Assembly (NCBI RefSeq): GCF_036971445.1
Contig: NC_091477.1
Coordinates: forward strand, 96,782,001 to 96,846,000
Reading direction: 5' to 3'
Length of the DNA stretch: 64,000 nucleotides
Source: Narcine bancroftii
Lineage: Eukaryota
The translations under genes and the position numbers were made by a program. The notes beneath the pieces were generated by a model. The model searched no databases and was not told where the DNA came from. It saw only the letters and a list, made by a program, of their open reading frames with translations. Of the stretch, positions 51,153 to 64,000 are shown in pieces. The number at the start of each line of letters is the position of its first letter. Within the stretch, counting starts at the first letter, position 1.

Positions 51153-51559
51153 CCCTAGATGATCTATCCACACCAGTAACATGTCTCTGAAAGCCTAATC
51201 AATCAGTTATTTTTGTTATTGCTGCTTTCACATTCATATATGATCAGCTAGCTTCCCCTGCCTAGTTACAATGGTACAGAATCAGGATTTCCCACATCAA
51301 TGGCTGGTTTTGAGCTTGTTACATAGTTAACAAGGCCTATTGTTACATACATGTCAGTAGAGGTGATGGCATTCCATTTCTGGAGGAGCTCTCTTAGGTG
51401 ACCTCCTGCAGTGAAACTGCCAGAGTTTGTTTTTGAGCAACAATCGTGTCCGATTACTGGGGAGATTACACTTTTTTTTAACAAAATTTAAATATAATAG
51501 CTTGAATATGTGGGGTGTTGTGAGTGAGAAAACTGATTCGATGGGTCTCAAAAGCAAGG

Positions 51560-52204
51560 ACTCTGAACACAGTTTAGTAGTAAATGATTTTATTTACAAA
51601 AAGATGGGAAAATGGTATCAGGAATAAAGCGCATGCACACAACTTTTGGATGATCATGGGAAAATTGCACTGGGAATAAAACATGCACACAATTTATGGA
51701 CGAGTTTGGGAAAATCGCACCAGGAATAAAATGCGCGCATCCCCCACACCCACACACTCTTACAACCAAGGAAAAAAAATTGATACCTGCCACACCTTGA
51801 CTCAGTGCAGGCACGGCCCTATGCCATTAGCAAAACCTAATTAAAACACTCTCTATCACAATGTACACCTCATCAATGATTTCTCCAGCATTGTTCCATG
51901 GTACTCAGCCTGGAGTGAAGCAGGGTGGTCACTTAAAGATGGCAAAGAGAAAGAACCCAACACACGTAGTGTCCTTTATAGGGGTGGGGGGGTGGTCCCA
52001 GTCAAGGTAATTTACAGGGAGCCAATGGTTTGGTGCCAACAAGGTTAAGTCGATTACAAATCCAATGGCCCAAGTACAAAGGGCCAGTGATTAGCTGTGC
52101 ACTGATGTGTGGGGCAGGGCCAATCATTGATTGGCAAGTGGTGTATCTTTCGACCAGGTGGTGGGCAGGGCTGTCACATGACAGTCCTGACCCTCCACAA
52201 TACA
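51560..52204 (-). mobile_element. Probable solo LTR
   Basis: The minus strand starts tgtattgtggagggtca, like the LTR at about 16810. Contains several CCAAT boxes and a TATA-like ctataaagg. The left boundary is uncertain. Confidence 0.55.
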
Positions 52205-52507
52205 GGTGTCCATAAATTTGACCTTTGCAACTGGAGCTCATCCTGTACAATCTCAGTGGGGAATAAAATAAAATCCATCCTCTGATCCCCTCTACTTAAA
52301 TCCACATCCTCTAGTTTTGTAGACCTCTGGAATGGGGGACTGTTTCCTTGGCCTCCTCTGCATCAGGAAAATCCACCCTATCTCTCCATGTAACTAAAAT
52401 GCTCCATTCATATTTGTGTGTGGGTAAGATGGGTGACTTCCAATGAGGCTTACAAGCTCTGGGTTTGTTAGTGAGTGGGCTGTTGAGTTCTGTTAGTTAT
52501 TTGGAAG

Positions 52508-52772
52508 GGGTGGCACAGTTGGCGTAGCGGTTAGTGTAATGCCTTTACAGCGCCAGTGATCGAGACCGGACTGGGGTTCGTCCTGCGCTATCTGTACATT
52601 TGTTCATTCTCCTAGTGTCTGTTTGGGTTTTCTCTGGGACCTGTTTTCCAATCCCTCCATTCAAAACGTACCAGGGGAGGGTGGTATAGGTTAAGAGGTG
52701 TAAATTGGGCAGCATGGACTCGTGGACCGAAATGGCCTATAATTGTGCCGCATGTCTACATTTTTGTTTAAT
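52508..52772 (+). mobile_element. V-SINE/HE1-like tRNA-derived SINE
   Basis: A-box-like tggcgtagcggtt and B-box-like gggttcg. Homologous to 60211-60460. Confidence 0.8.
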
Positions 52773-52859
52773 TTGAGAGTTTGTTGAATGTTATACTATT
52801 GTCTGTGACAAGAGTGGGAACAAAAATTATTGTTGACAGGGCTAGATGTGGAGAAAATG

Positions 52860-54650
52860 TTTCTGGTACATAGAATATAGAAATCTACAGCTCAGTATAG
52901 GCCCTTCATCCCACAGTGATGTGCTGTCCTAATAACGATAAGACCACAAGACAGGAGCAGAAATGGGCTATTCAGCCCACCGAGTCTTCCCTGCAGTTTA
53001 ATCATGAGCTGATCCATTTCCCTTCTCAGCCCCATTGCTCAGCCTTCTCTGTGTAACCTTCAATGCCCTGGCTAATCAAGAACCTATCAATCTCTATATT
53101 AAATACACCCAACAGCCTGTGGCAACAAATTCCATAGGTTTAACACCCTCTGGCTAAAGAAATTCCTCCGTGCATCTCTGTTCTAAGTGGACGCCCTTCA
53201 ATTCTGAAGTTGTCCTCTTGCCTCAACTCTCCCACCATGGGGAAACAACCTTTCTACATCTACTCTGTCCACTCCTTTCAACATTCAAAATGTTTCATTG
53301 AAATCTCCTCACCCCCCCCTAAATTCCAACAAGTATAGGTCAAGAGCTGTCAAATGCTCCTCATATGATACCCCTTCATTCCCAGAATTATCCCTGTGAA
53401 CCTCCTCTAAACCCTCCCCAATGCCACCACATCCTTTCTTAAATGAGGAACCCAAAACTGCTCATGATACTCATGTGAGGACTCATCATTGACTTGTAAA
53501 GCCTCAACATCACATCTCTGCTTTTGTATTCTATTCCTCTTGAAATGAATGCCAGCATTGCATTTGCCTTCTTCACAACCTACTCCAACAACTGCCTAGA
53601 ATTTCACTTTTGCAGAACACTCAATTTTTCTCAGTTGCATGTATCTAATAGACACTTAAAACATCCTATTGTACATGCTTCCACCACCATTGCTGCAGCA
53701 CATTCCATGCATCCACCACTTTCTGTGTGGAAAAACCTACCTCTTGCATCCCTCCTGTACTTTCTCCCAAGCACCTTAAAGCTATTACCCCTCACGTTAG
53801 GGGCCATCCATTTGATCAATTCCTCATCATCTTGTATACATCTATACTGTCTCTCCTCCTCCTCTCTCGCTGCAAGAAGAAAAGACCAAGTACACTCAAC
53901 TTATCCTCATCAGGCATGCTCTCCAATCCAGGCAGCAACCTTGTAAATCTCTACACCCTCTCTATAGCATGTTCATCTTTCCTGTAATGAGGTGATCAGA
54001 ATTGAACACGGTACTGCAAGTGGGGTCTAAGCAAGATTTTGAAGAGCTGTAACATTACCTCATGGCTCTTGAACTTGATCCCATGGTTACTGAAGACCAA
54101 CTCGCCACTATCAACCTGTGCAACAGCTTTGAATGACCTATGGACATTGATCTCAAGACCTCTCAGTTCGTCCATTCTGCTTGGAGTCCTATTAATATTG
54201 TATTCTGCATTTAAATTTGACTCGCCAAAATGAACCACTTCATACGTTTCTGGGTTAAATACCATCTACCACTTCTTAGCCTCTCTCTTCATCTTTTCAT
54301 GTCCCTTTTTAATGTGATAACCCTCCAGACTGACTACACCACCCAGTTTTATGCAATCTGCAGGCTTACTAACCCATCTTTCCACTTCCTCATCCAGGTC
54401 ATTTATAGTCAAAGAGTCTTGGACCAAAGGGCACAGCCTTGGAATAAAGGATATCCTTTAAGAACAGGTGTGAGGAGAAACTTCTTCCACCAGAGGGTGG
54501 AGAATCTGTGGAGGCTAAGTTAATGGGTGTATTCAAAGTTGAGGTTGATAGGTTCTTGCTTAGTAAGGGTGCGAAAGGTTGTGGGATTTAATGGTAGAGC
54601 AGACTTGGTGGGCCAATTGGCTAATTCTGTTCCTACATCTTGTGGTCTAA
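52860..54650. mobile_element. Cluster of nested CR1 fragments
   Basis: Minus strand: LLRPHLQYRVQF and RGRFFHTES. Plus strand 54420-54650: VRRNFFHQRVENLW. Confidence 0.8.
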
Positions 54651-54889
54651 GCTGGCAAGTTGCATGTCAGGAGATCTGGATTCCAATGTTCAAATCTTTG
54701 TATGACCCCTTCCTTTTTCTTTAACCTTCAATGCTGGCTTATCTACTAAACAGAAACTTGGTCTGAGGTAGTGTTGTCTTTGGTTCAGTGTTATTTTTTT
54801 TAAATTGTGTGAATCTTTTACTTTGGCAAAGATGATGTTTAAAAAATGCAATACCTTATTTTTATTGACTGATTGTTTGAATTTTTCAG

Positions 54890-55025
54890 AATCTCATCAG
54901 AATAAAGGCCTGGAAAAGATAACAACACAGCAGCAGTTGTCAGAGATAAAAATATTTGCATCTAAGGTAGCTGGAATCAGTGAAGTGTTGGCACGCCGAC
55001 ACATGAAAGTAGCCTTTTTTGGAAG
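54890..55025 (+). CDS. MFN1: Mitofusin-1 coding exon 2
   Basis: tttttcag|AA...GGAAG|gtgag, 136 nt, phase 1/2. Ends EVLARRHMKVAFFGR, the start of the GTPase G1 motif. Confidence 0.96.
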
Positions 55026-55095
55026 GTGAGAGGAATGTGTAATGATTAACAGACATTGCTTGGTCTAAAGAGCAAATTATTTTTCTGGTGTTTCA

Positions 55096-57515
55096 TGTCG
55101 TGTTGGGTTCAGACACGCTTGTTATAAAAATGACCTTGAGTCTAGAGTCGCGTTTGTAGCTTGTTTTACCTTACATGCGTAGGCTTTTCCCTGCTAGTCC
55201 TGAGCCTCTCCAAGATGTGGAAGTCCCACCCCGTAATGTCTTTGGCCTGCTCGATGTCCCACCAATAGTGTTATACCACATCCCCCTTTGCATTCGAAGC
55301 CCCCTTTTCTGTGGATTCGCCCGTTACCTTTACACATTCCGATACAAATACACATACAACATTTACAGTACACAAGTCTTTCTTGACTCTGGGTGTTTTA
55401 CAGTCTCTACAGTCTCTTTACTTGTCCAGACCTCGTTCTTATTATGTCAAGCGAACTCTGTGTTTCATTCGGCAGAGTCTCTGGACCTGCCTTTGCAGGA
55501 GAGTCCATTTCTGGCCCATGCTCTTGTTGCTTTTCACCTGGAGACTCTGGTATGGGAACGAGATGTGGGTAATTCCATCTCAGTGTCCCTTGTGGTCCAC
55601 TAAAAATGTACGACTGTGGGTTGTGGTGCACAGAAGTTACTGTACGTTGCTGTCTTGCATCAGAGATCCACACCTTATCTCCTGGTGCCAGCTTTTCCAG
55701 GTTGATCATTTGAGAATTGTGGACCATTGTCGCTTATGGAATGCCATGCCGTGCAAACATCGATTTTAAATGAACATTTACATCTGTAGTTCGTGTCAGG
55801 CTGAGTTGTGCTATTTCTTTGAATCTAGAAAAATAGTCCACCACTAATAAGTATGCGTTCTCTCCAAGAGTGAATGTCTGTTCCAAGTTTTTCCCATGGC
55901 CTGTTGGGAATTTACTTGGCATCAACAGTTCTCTTGATGTTTGTTCTTTCCTGGATGCACTCTCTGCACCTCAAGACAATCTCGCTTATTTGAATACTCA
56001 GACCTGGCCACCACACTGTTTGATTGGCATGTTCCCGACACTTTACAACCCCATGGTGGCCCTCGTGTATTTTCTTGAGTAACTTGTTCCGCAAGTTAGC
56101 CAGAATAACTAATCTCGTACCCTGCAGGAGTAGTCCGTTGTGCACACTCAGAATGGCCTTCTCTTGCCAGTAGTGTTTGACTGGTCCTTGTTACTGGTTT
56201 CTGTCTAGCCACCCTCCGATGCAGTATTTCATGACTTACTTGCTCACACTGTCAGCGCATAGTTGCTCTCTGAGCTCTGTCAGGTATCTGTTGCTTGTTG
56301 GGAGGGTTTCCATTACCGTCTCCATGTAAATATTGGTGTCCTCCATGAGGTCTTTTTCAGCATGTCTTGTAGGGAGGAGCGAGCAAATAGATCCGCAGGT
56401 GAGAGGTTCTTCCCTGGTGTGTGTGTGTGATCATGTATGAGTATCTCATCGGCCTCATCCAGAACCTCCTTATCTGTGGTGGCAGTGAATCCAGCGCTTG
56501 CCCACTTAACAGACTCGCAAGTGGTTTGTGGTCCTTCTCCAACTCAAACTGTAGTCCCAAAATGAAGCCGTTGAATCTCTCGCAGGCCCATGTCCCTTTT
56601 TCCAGCAGCACGTACCATTGCTCTGTTTCTGTTAGCAATCTGGAAGCATAAGCGATTGGTGACCAATTGTATTTGGATCATACAACTGAAGTACCGGTGT
56701 GGATGATAGCTCTCGATTGAGGTTTCTAAATGTCCTCTGTTGCCCATGTTCCCAACTCTACTGGTTTTTCTTGGACAACAGTTCTCTCAGTGGTTTGTCA
56801 TTTTCAGCCATATTTAGTATGAACTTCCCTAGTTGGCTCACATACCGAGGAAAATTCTGTTCTGGTCTCATGCTGTCTGCTGAGATAATGTACCCAGAAA
56901 TTTCACCTGCCTCCTTCCAAACTCACATTTCTCCATGTTGAGAGTGATCCTTGCCTTTTCTGCTCATTCTAGGACTGCATGGACCCTCACATCGTGTTGG
57001 TCCTTTGTGGTCCCCCAAATGAGGATAAATCCATGTGGCAGACAACTTCTTCCAGCCCTGCAGTAACCTCAGTCACCATTCTGTTCTGGAAGTGTTCAGG
57101 GGTAAGGGAGATACCAAAGGGTAGGTGGTTGAAATAGTAACGCCTGAATGGTGTGATAAATGTGTAGAGAACTGATTCTTTGGACAAAGGAATTCGCGTC
57201 CAACTTAGTAAAATAATGTGCACCAGTGAGCCTGCCTAGGTTTTGATCCACCGAAGGAAGTTTAAACTTTTTTTTTTTGCACACTGATCCATTCAAGGGT
57301 GTCAAGTCCACACAAATGCGAACATCTTCTTTATTCTTTTTCGGTGCTACCACCATGCCGCAGCACCATTCTGTAGGCTCCTCTATACAGCTGATATCTC
57401 CAAGCTTCTCCATTCTTTCAAGCTCTCTCTTCACTTTGCCCATGAGCTGCAATGGGACCCTTCGAGGTACCTTCAGTAAAAATGGTTTCACATCAGGCTT
57501 GAGTTTAATGATGTA
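55096..57515 (-). mobile_element. Gypsy/Ty3 LTR retrotransposon, 5'-truncated (RT, RNase H, IN, 3' LTR)
   Basis: PTEWCCGMVVAPKK..VRICVDLT, LPFGI, DHKPL, HEGHHGVVKC...C..C, LLVVDYFSRF. PPT caaaggggga lies directly before a TG...CA LTR at 55280-55096. Confidence 0.92.
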
Positions 57516-57519
57516 CAGC

Positions 57520-59960
57520 TTCTATATTAACACTAGAAGCATTAACAGTAGTCCTTTGAGAATCTGGACAATTTAAAGGATTAAATAGAAATGGAATTGA
57601 ACATAAAGTATCTCTTTATGTGGATGATTTATTGCTTTTCATTTCAAACCTAGAGGTTTCGATACAAATATGTTAACTATGTTCACTCAGTTTGTACAAT
57701 TTTCAGGATATAAAGTAAATTTACATAAGAGTGAACTTTTATCTTTTTAAATGGATCTCTTTCTATGTATTCTAAATTTCTGTTTAAACTAGTTAATGAT
57801 AAATATCAATATTTAGGAATCACTATTACAAAAAGTCATGAACTTTGTAAGAAAAATGTGTAGTGTTACTCAATCAGATTAAAATATTCTCAGGATGGTC
57901 ATCACTTTTAATTACAATGATTGGATCTATTAATTTGATTAAAATGAATATTCTACCTAAATTTTTGGATCATTTTCAAGCATTACCAATTTTTATTCCT
58001 AAATCCTTTTTTAATTTATTAGATTCTGTTATTTTTTTTCATATATGGCAGGGGAAACACCCATGTATAAATAAAGACCATCTTAAGAAAACTATTAGGA
58101 ATGGGGGAATGTCACTTACAAATTTTTGATTTTATTACTGGGCGATCAAAATATGCAATTTACTTTTATAATTAAAATTTGATAAATTAGCAAGTCACCA
58201 TTCTTGGGCAGAAATGGAACTGAACTTTTCTAAGAAATCGTTTATGTTGGCAATTTTAGGATCCACTTTACCCTTTTCATTTTCTAAATTGACACATAAT
58301 CCGAGAATGAGATTGAGAATACGGGCTCAATTTAAGAAATTTTTTGGTTATAACCATTTACGGAGCGGAAACAGGCCATGTTGGCCTTTCGAGTCCGCAC
58401 TGGTTCACTGATTTTGTGCGCCCTCTTCAGGCATTGGTCCCCGTAGATCTTCATTCAATAACGATGGCCGAATTCAATGCAGGTGGAATCAGTCATAGAA
58501 ATGTTTGTGAAATGTGCAGTTCAATACTTCTGGGCATAATGATTTTTTGCTGCCTTTTCTATGGTAGATAACCATCTTTTCCCACTTTCAGTATTAGGTG
58601 AAGGCTTTAAAGAATGGTACAAACTTGGTATTATTCAAAATAACTTTGCTTCTTTTGAACAATTGTCAAGTTTGGAATTTTGTTCAGACTGAATTGAATG
58701 CTTTTCCTCGAATCGCAGATTCACATATTCTTGATATACTTTTTGATCTACAGTTTGTTCATAGTGGATTCATATCACATATTTATATTGATCTATTGGA
58801 TTTAAGATGAGCCCAATGGCAAAGATTGAAGATGACTGGGAGCATGATCTTCTTATAACGTTTTCAGATGAAGATTGGTATTTCACTCTTAGTTTGATCA
58901 ATGAATCTTCATTTTGTGCAAGGCACTGTTTATTACAATTTAAGCTAATACACAGAATACATGTCTAAACTCATATTATCCCATTTCTATGCAGGTGTTG
59001 ATCCATTTTGTGTAAAATGTAAAATTTTTGAAGCCTCATTAATTCATATGTTTTGGGAGTGTCCTAAATTATTAAGATAGTGGCAGAATATTTTTGCATT
59101 CTTTGCCAACTATTATTAAGATTAAATTTAGATCCATGCCCTTTAACTGCCCTGTTTGGTTTTTCACGTGAACAGGATAAACTTTTATCAGCATCTCAAG
59201 AGAAAGTTTTAAGCTTTTAGCACATTATTAGCCGGACGAGCAGTTTTAATGAAATGGAAAGGTGAACACTCACTGACTCGTGCACAATGTTTTTTTAATA
59301 TTTTATTTATAAGAAAAACAGCCATGCTTACAGATAATGCAATAAAACAATATCTCAAAATGCCAACATGGTGCACGAACACGCGCACTCACGCACACGC
59401 GCGCTCACACAAAATTACTAAAAACAAAAACCAAACCCGCACAATGGTTACATGATGTAATGTCATATCTAAGCTTAGAGAAAATTAGGTATAATATTAA
59501 AGATAAAAAGTTACAGTTAAAAGGTATTGGGCCCATTTATAAAATATTATCCTAATTGGCAGTTTGAGATGATTTGTGTGCTCTAGTGCTGATCTGTCTG
59601 TTTTCTGGAGGTCGCGACTTGATCCATCTTTTTTTGTAACCTTAATTAGAGGGAGGGTTTAGATTAGTATTTGTTTTGGGTTTTTTCTTTAGGTAAGTGG
59701 ATTTATGGGGTTCATTATGATTATCCTGGATAATATCCTTTTTTTCAATTTTGTTAAGTTACAATGCGATTTGTATTTAGCTGATATAAACGTATAATCA
59801 TTTTAATAGAGAATCGCATTTAATAAGGGATGGAAAATAAAATTTGTCATATTATGCATTTACTTTAATTTCATGTTATGTACATGTTATTATTTTGTCT
59901 TTATTATTATCTTGTATATGGATTGTTATGTTAAACTCAATTAAAATATTTTAAAAAGAA
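57520..59960 (+). mobile_element. L1-clade LINE 3' half, degraded
   Basis: SLYVDDLLLFIS (RT), INLIKMNILPKF, C..C...HMFWECP zinc knuckle, and an A-rich tail. Confidence 0.85.
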
Positions 59961-60210
59961 AAGGAATAATATGTAGACAGCATGTAACCTACCAGCTTCT
60001 TGTAAGTGGGTGGAAACCAAAGCATTTGAGGGATATTCATGCAGACAAAAAGGGAAAGTGCAACTCTACACACAGCTGAGCATTGGGATTGAATCTAGGT
60101 CACTGTGCTGCAACAGATCTACACCTCAATTGTAGAAGAACAAAGGCTGTAACCTATTTCCCAGATCCAAGAACTATATTGAAACGTGTGTTGGACTCCG
60201 CTCGTGATCA

Positions 60211-60460
60211 AGGGCAGCACAGTTGGCGTAGTGGTTGGCACAAAGCCTTTACAGCGACAGCACTTGGGACCGGTCTGGGGTTTGAATCCCACGCTGTCTG
60301 AAAGGAGTTTGTATGCTCTTCCTGTGTCTGCATGGGTTTTCTCCAGGGTCTTCGGCTTCCACCGTTCAAGAATGTACTGGGGGTGTATAATGAGGTGTAA
60401 ATTGGGTGGTACAGACTCGTGGGCTAAAACGGTCTATTCCTATGCTGTATGTCTAAATTA
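60211..60460 (+). mobile_element. V-SINE/HE1-like tRNA-derived SINE
   Basis: gggcagcacagttggcgtagtggtt (A box), gggtttgaatccc (B box), and V-like core ggagtttgtatgctcttcctgtgtctgcatgggttttctcc. Confidence 0.8.
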
Positions 60461-60579
60461 TTTTTAAAAAAGCATCACCTCTTTGAAGACCCTAATAGAC
60501 GGAAAACAGACAACTCTAAATATTTCTTTGATTTTTGAACCCTTGGTATTGGCATATTTTTAAGGAGGGCACTTTGTAC

Positions 60580-61720
60580 AGAATCAGATTCTGATTTATT
60601 ATCATGAACACATGTTTAAAAATTGTCTCTTTTGGCAGCAGTATTGACCATTACAGGTGGAAAATTGCTATAAGTTACAGTTCTATAAATACAAGATACA
60701 AAAAATAAATAGTGCAAAAGGGCATGGCTTTGGTGTTGAGGGCTCTGATGATAGAGGCTGCTTTCTTGAGACACCGCCTCTAAAGATGTCCTTAATGGAG
60801 TGAGGATTAATGCCCCTGATGGCAATGGCTGAGTTTACAACCCTCTGAATCCTTTTCTTTTCCTGTGGATTAGCACCCCCATACCAGACAGAGAATGCTC
60901 TCCACGGCACACCTGTAGAAATTTGCAAAAGTCTTTGGTGACATATCAAATCTCCTAATGAAATGTCATAGTTGGCAAGCCTTGTTCTTGATTGCATCAA
61001 TGCGATGGCCCCAGGATAGATCTTCAGAGAAGTTGGCACCTGGGAATTTGAAGTTCGTTGCCATCTCAACTGATGAGGAATAGTTTGTGTTTTCCCCTTC
61101 TGAAGTCCACAATATTTTTTTAGTTTTGCAAATGTTGGGTGCAGAATTGTTGTGACACCACTGAACTAGCAAATCTATCTCGCTTCTATATGCTTTCTCA
61201 TTGCCATCTGTGATTCAGCAAATTTGTAGATGTAATTTGAATTGTGCCTAGCCAGACATTTAATGGGTGTAATGCAAGTATAGCAGGGGGCTATGCACAC
61301 ACTGTTGAGGTGCACCTGTGTTAATTGTCGGTAAGGAGGAGAGGTGGTTACCAATCTGCACTGAATTTGGTCTTCAGATGAGGAAGTCAAGGATCTAGTT
61401 GCAGAGGGAAGAGCAGAGGCCCAGGTTTTGAAGCTTTCAAACCAGTACCGAAGGGATGATGGTGTTGAAAGCGGAGCTGTAATTGATTAAAAAGCAGCCT
61501 AATGTATGTATTGCTGTTGTCTAGGTGATCTAGGGATGAGTAGAGAGCCAGTGAGATTGCATCTGCTGTGGAACGTTTGTGGTGGTAGGCAAATTGCATA
61601 GACTTCAGGTCTTGGGTACGAGTTAACCCCCTCAAAGCATTTCATTACAGTAAATATGAGTACTACTGGGCAATAGTGTATGAGGCAGCTTACTCTGTTC
61701 TTGGCCAGTTGTAAGAGGCT
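60580..61720 (-). mobile_element. Rex/Babar-like LINE, RT to 3' end
   Basis: QFAYHHKRSTADAISLAL, IYKFA, FSEDLSW. Confidence 0.85.
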
Positions 61721-61917
61721 GCTGTTAACCTTTCCTGAAAGACTGAAAATATATTCAAATTCTCGGTTATTCACGTATCTGCTTATGTACATTTTGATAT
61801 TATCAACCTGAAATAAATTGAGACATTGCTTTCTAACATTCAGTTGCATATTTTTCTGTGGTTTTTATTTTAAACTCTGATCTTGAAATGTATAACTTTA
61901 AGGTATTTTTTTCTTAG

Positions 61918-62080
61918 AACAAGTAATGGGAAGAGTACAGTGATCAATGCAATGCTGTGGGACAAGGTACTGCCCAGTGGCATTGGACATACAACCAACT
62001 GTTTCTTAAGTGTTGAAGGAACAGATGGGGACAAAGCTTATTTGATGACTGAAGACTCTGAGGAAAAAAAGAATGTGAAG
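61918..62080 (+). CDS. MFN1: Mitofusin-1 coding exon 3 (GTPase P-loop); gene continues beyond the window
   Basis: tttcttag|A...GTGAAG|gtatgt, 163 nt, phase 2/0. Translates [54 protein letters not shown]; [17 protein letters not shown] is MFN1-type. Confidence 0.96.
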
Positions 62081-63204
62081 GTATGTACTTGCGTAAGAAT
62101 GCATGGCATTAGGAATGTTGAGATCAGCAGGAATTAAATACAGTATATTGATGAAACTAAATATTTGTGGGTTTTTTTTTTACATGTACTTCATGCTTGA
62201 ATGATCATATCTTATCATAATTTAGTTTGCAGTTTGAAACGTGGCCTTGGAGAATGGTGATCTGGTCAAGGATATGTCTTCAATTGGGATATCCAGAGAA
62301 GTCTCTGTTCGTATTATGTCACCAAAATGTGTTTCTCCTCCCTTCCAATCTCAATTTTTCCCTACCAAGACCTCATACCAATGCTAAAACATGACTTTAC
62401 TACATGATCCTGGAGCTATCCAGAGAAAGATTTTCAAAACAAAAAATTTGAACAAACAGAGTATTATAGATGATCATCAATCTGGCTCCATAAACTACTT
62501 TCATCTTTTTATGCACATGGTTAAAAAAGTGTATCCATTTCAGATTTAAAATACAGTAATCAATACAGCTTCATTTGTCAAAAGCAGAAGAGGACTGCAA
62601 CTTTCTACTATCTTTGTGTGCAAATGTGCTCCAAACATTCTGAAAGATTGGCTCTAATTTACTGATTATGCCCTCTATTTTTTCGATTTACTATCCAAAT
62701 TATATAGGGATATAATTTGTCTATATCCTCAGCTGTCCTTAATATCATCAAAACAGATTATCTTTCTGCATTCCATTTAATACAAACTTAATTAAATCAG
62801 GGTTATGCAAATTATGAAGAGTTGGCATTCTGGTGTATCCTGTATTTCCTACTAATTCTTGATAAAGGTGTTCAGCCACTTTTACAGCGGTAGATGAGGA
62901 TCAAACTGGATGGAAGTGGTGATGGTTTGGAACAGCGTACAGTAACAGCCTGCATCTGACACTTCAGTGACCAGCATTCAGGAGGAGCATCTGTGGGAAT
63001 AGCAGGGCATTTGCTGTCAGAGAGCCTGTGTTAACCTTGGAGCTGCACCGTAATAGCTTGTGCACTGATGGAGGGGAAACACAGAAGGTGTTCCTGGCAT
63101 ACATTGTATTTTGTTTTGGATGATGGGTAATATCAATGCCAAATTACTGAAGACTGTTGTAGAATATTAATTTTATTTTGCTGAATAAATAATAATTGTA
63201 GAAC

Positions 63205-64000
63205 CAATCATAGAACATAGAACATTACCACATTAACATAGAATATAGAACATTACAGCACAGAAACAGGCTCCTTTGGCCCTTCTTATCTGTGCTAAAC
63301 CATTTTTTTTTTGGCCTAGTCCCACTGACTTGCACCCAGTCCATAATCTTCCATACCTCTCCCATCCATGTGTCTGTCCAAATTCTTAAATGTTAAAATT
63401 GAGCCTTCATTCACCACTTCAGCTGGCAGTTTGTTTCACATCCCACCACTCTCTTTTGAAGGTTCCCCCTAAACAATTCCTCTTTCACTCTTAATACGTG
63501 TCTTCTGGTTTGTATCTCACCTACTCTCAGTGGAAAAAGCCTACCTAAATTTACTGTCTAGACCCCTCATCATTTTAAATTCCCTTATTAAATTTCTCCT
63601 CATTCTCCTACGGCTCCAGGGAATGAAGTCCTAACTTGATTAAGCTCTCCCTCTAACTAAGTTCCTGAAGTCTAGGCAACATCCTAGTAAATCTTCTCTG
63701 CACTCTTTCAAGCTTATTGATATCTTTCCTGTAATTAGATGACCAGAACAGCACACATTACTCCAAATTTGGCCTCACACCAATGCATTGTACAACTGTA
63801 ACATAACATCCCAACTCATTTGCTCAATTCCTTGATTTATGAAGGCCAATATGCCAAAAGCTCTCTTTACAACCCTATCTATGACGCCACTTTCAGGGAA
63901 TTATGTATCTGTTTTCCCAAATCCCTCTGTTCTACTGCACTCTCAGTGTCCTACCATTTACTGTGTGTCCTTTTTTGCTTTCTCCTTCCAGAAATGCAAA
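63205..64000 (-). mobile_element. CR1 LINE 3' end
   Basis: (catagaa)n tail; colinear with 46680-47310. Confidence 0.85.

Noticed and set aside
49317-51190. Three overlapping 514-605 aa ORFs, or a CRISPR-like array
   Set aside because: All three frames are open only because the 22-bp unit has no plus-strand stop. The repeats are contiguous with no unique spacers, no cas genes are present, and the DNA is eukaryotic.
52508-52590. tRNA-like A/B boxes (also at 47890 and 60211)
   Set aside because: They run into a shared repeat body and do not fold into a cloverleaf, so they are SINE heads rather than tRNA genes.

Overview
Eukaryotic, AT-rich, repeat-dense vertebrate DNA. V-SINE/HE1-like SINEs and abundant CR1, Rex/Babar and RTE LINEs point to a cartilaginous fish (inference). 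The window holds two spliced protein-coding genes arranged head-to-head. ZMAT3 (Wig-1, three matrin-type zinc fingers) is complete on the minus strand, with coding exons at about 4-19.7 kb and a CpG-island first exon near 34.7 kb. The 5' part of MFN1 (mitofusin-1) is on the plus strand, with a putative non-coding exon at 40.4 kb and coding exons at 47.7, 54.9 and 61.9 kb. I read all splice junctions by hand and the exon phases are consistent. Nearly all other ORFs in the track are transposon debris or tandem-repeat artefacts. I see no clear evidence of a wholly new biological system. The best second-look items are: a degraded retrovirus with RNase H, integrase and env remnants in a ZMAT3 intron; an exon-like 345-nt cassette inside a hAT element that is in phase with ZMAT3; no PIK3CA/KCNMB3/ZNF639 between ZMAT3 and MFN1, plus a divergent splice donor at the MFN1 promoter; a 71-copy 22-bp minisatellite grown from a hAT subterminal motif; and a twin-primed RTE insertion. 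Repeat boundaries are approximate unless TIR/TSD positions are quoted.
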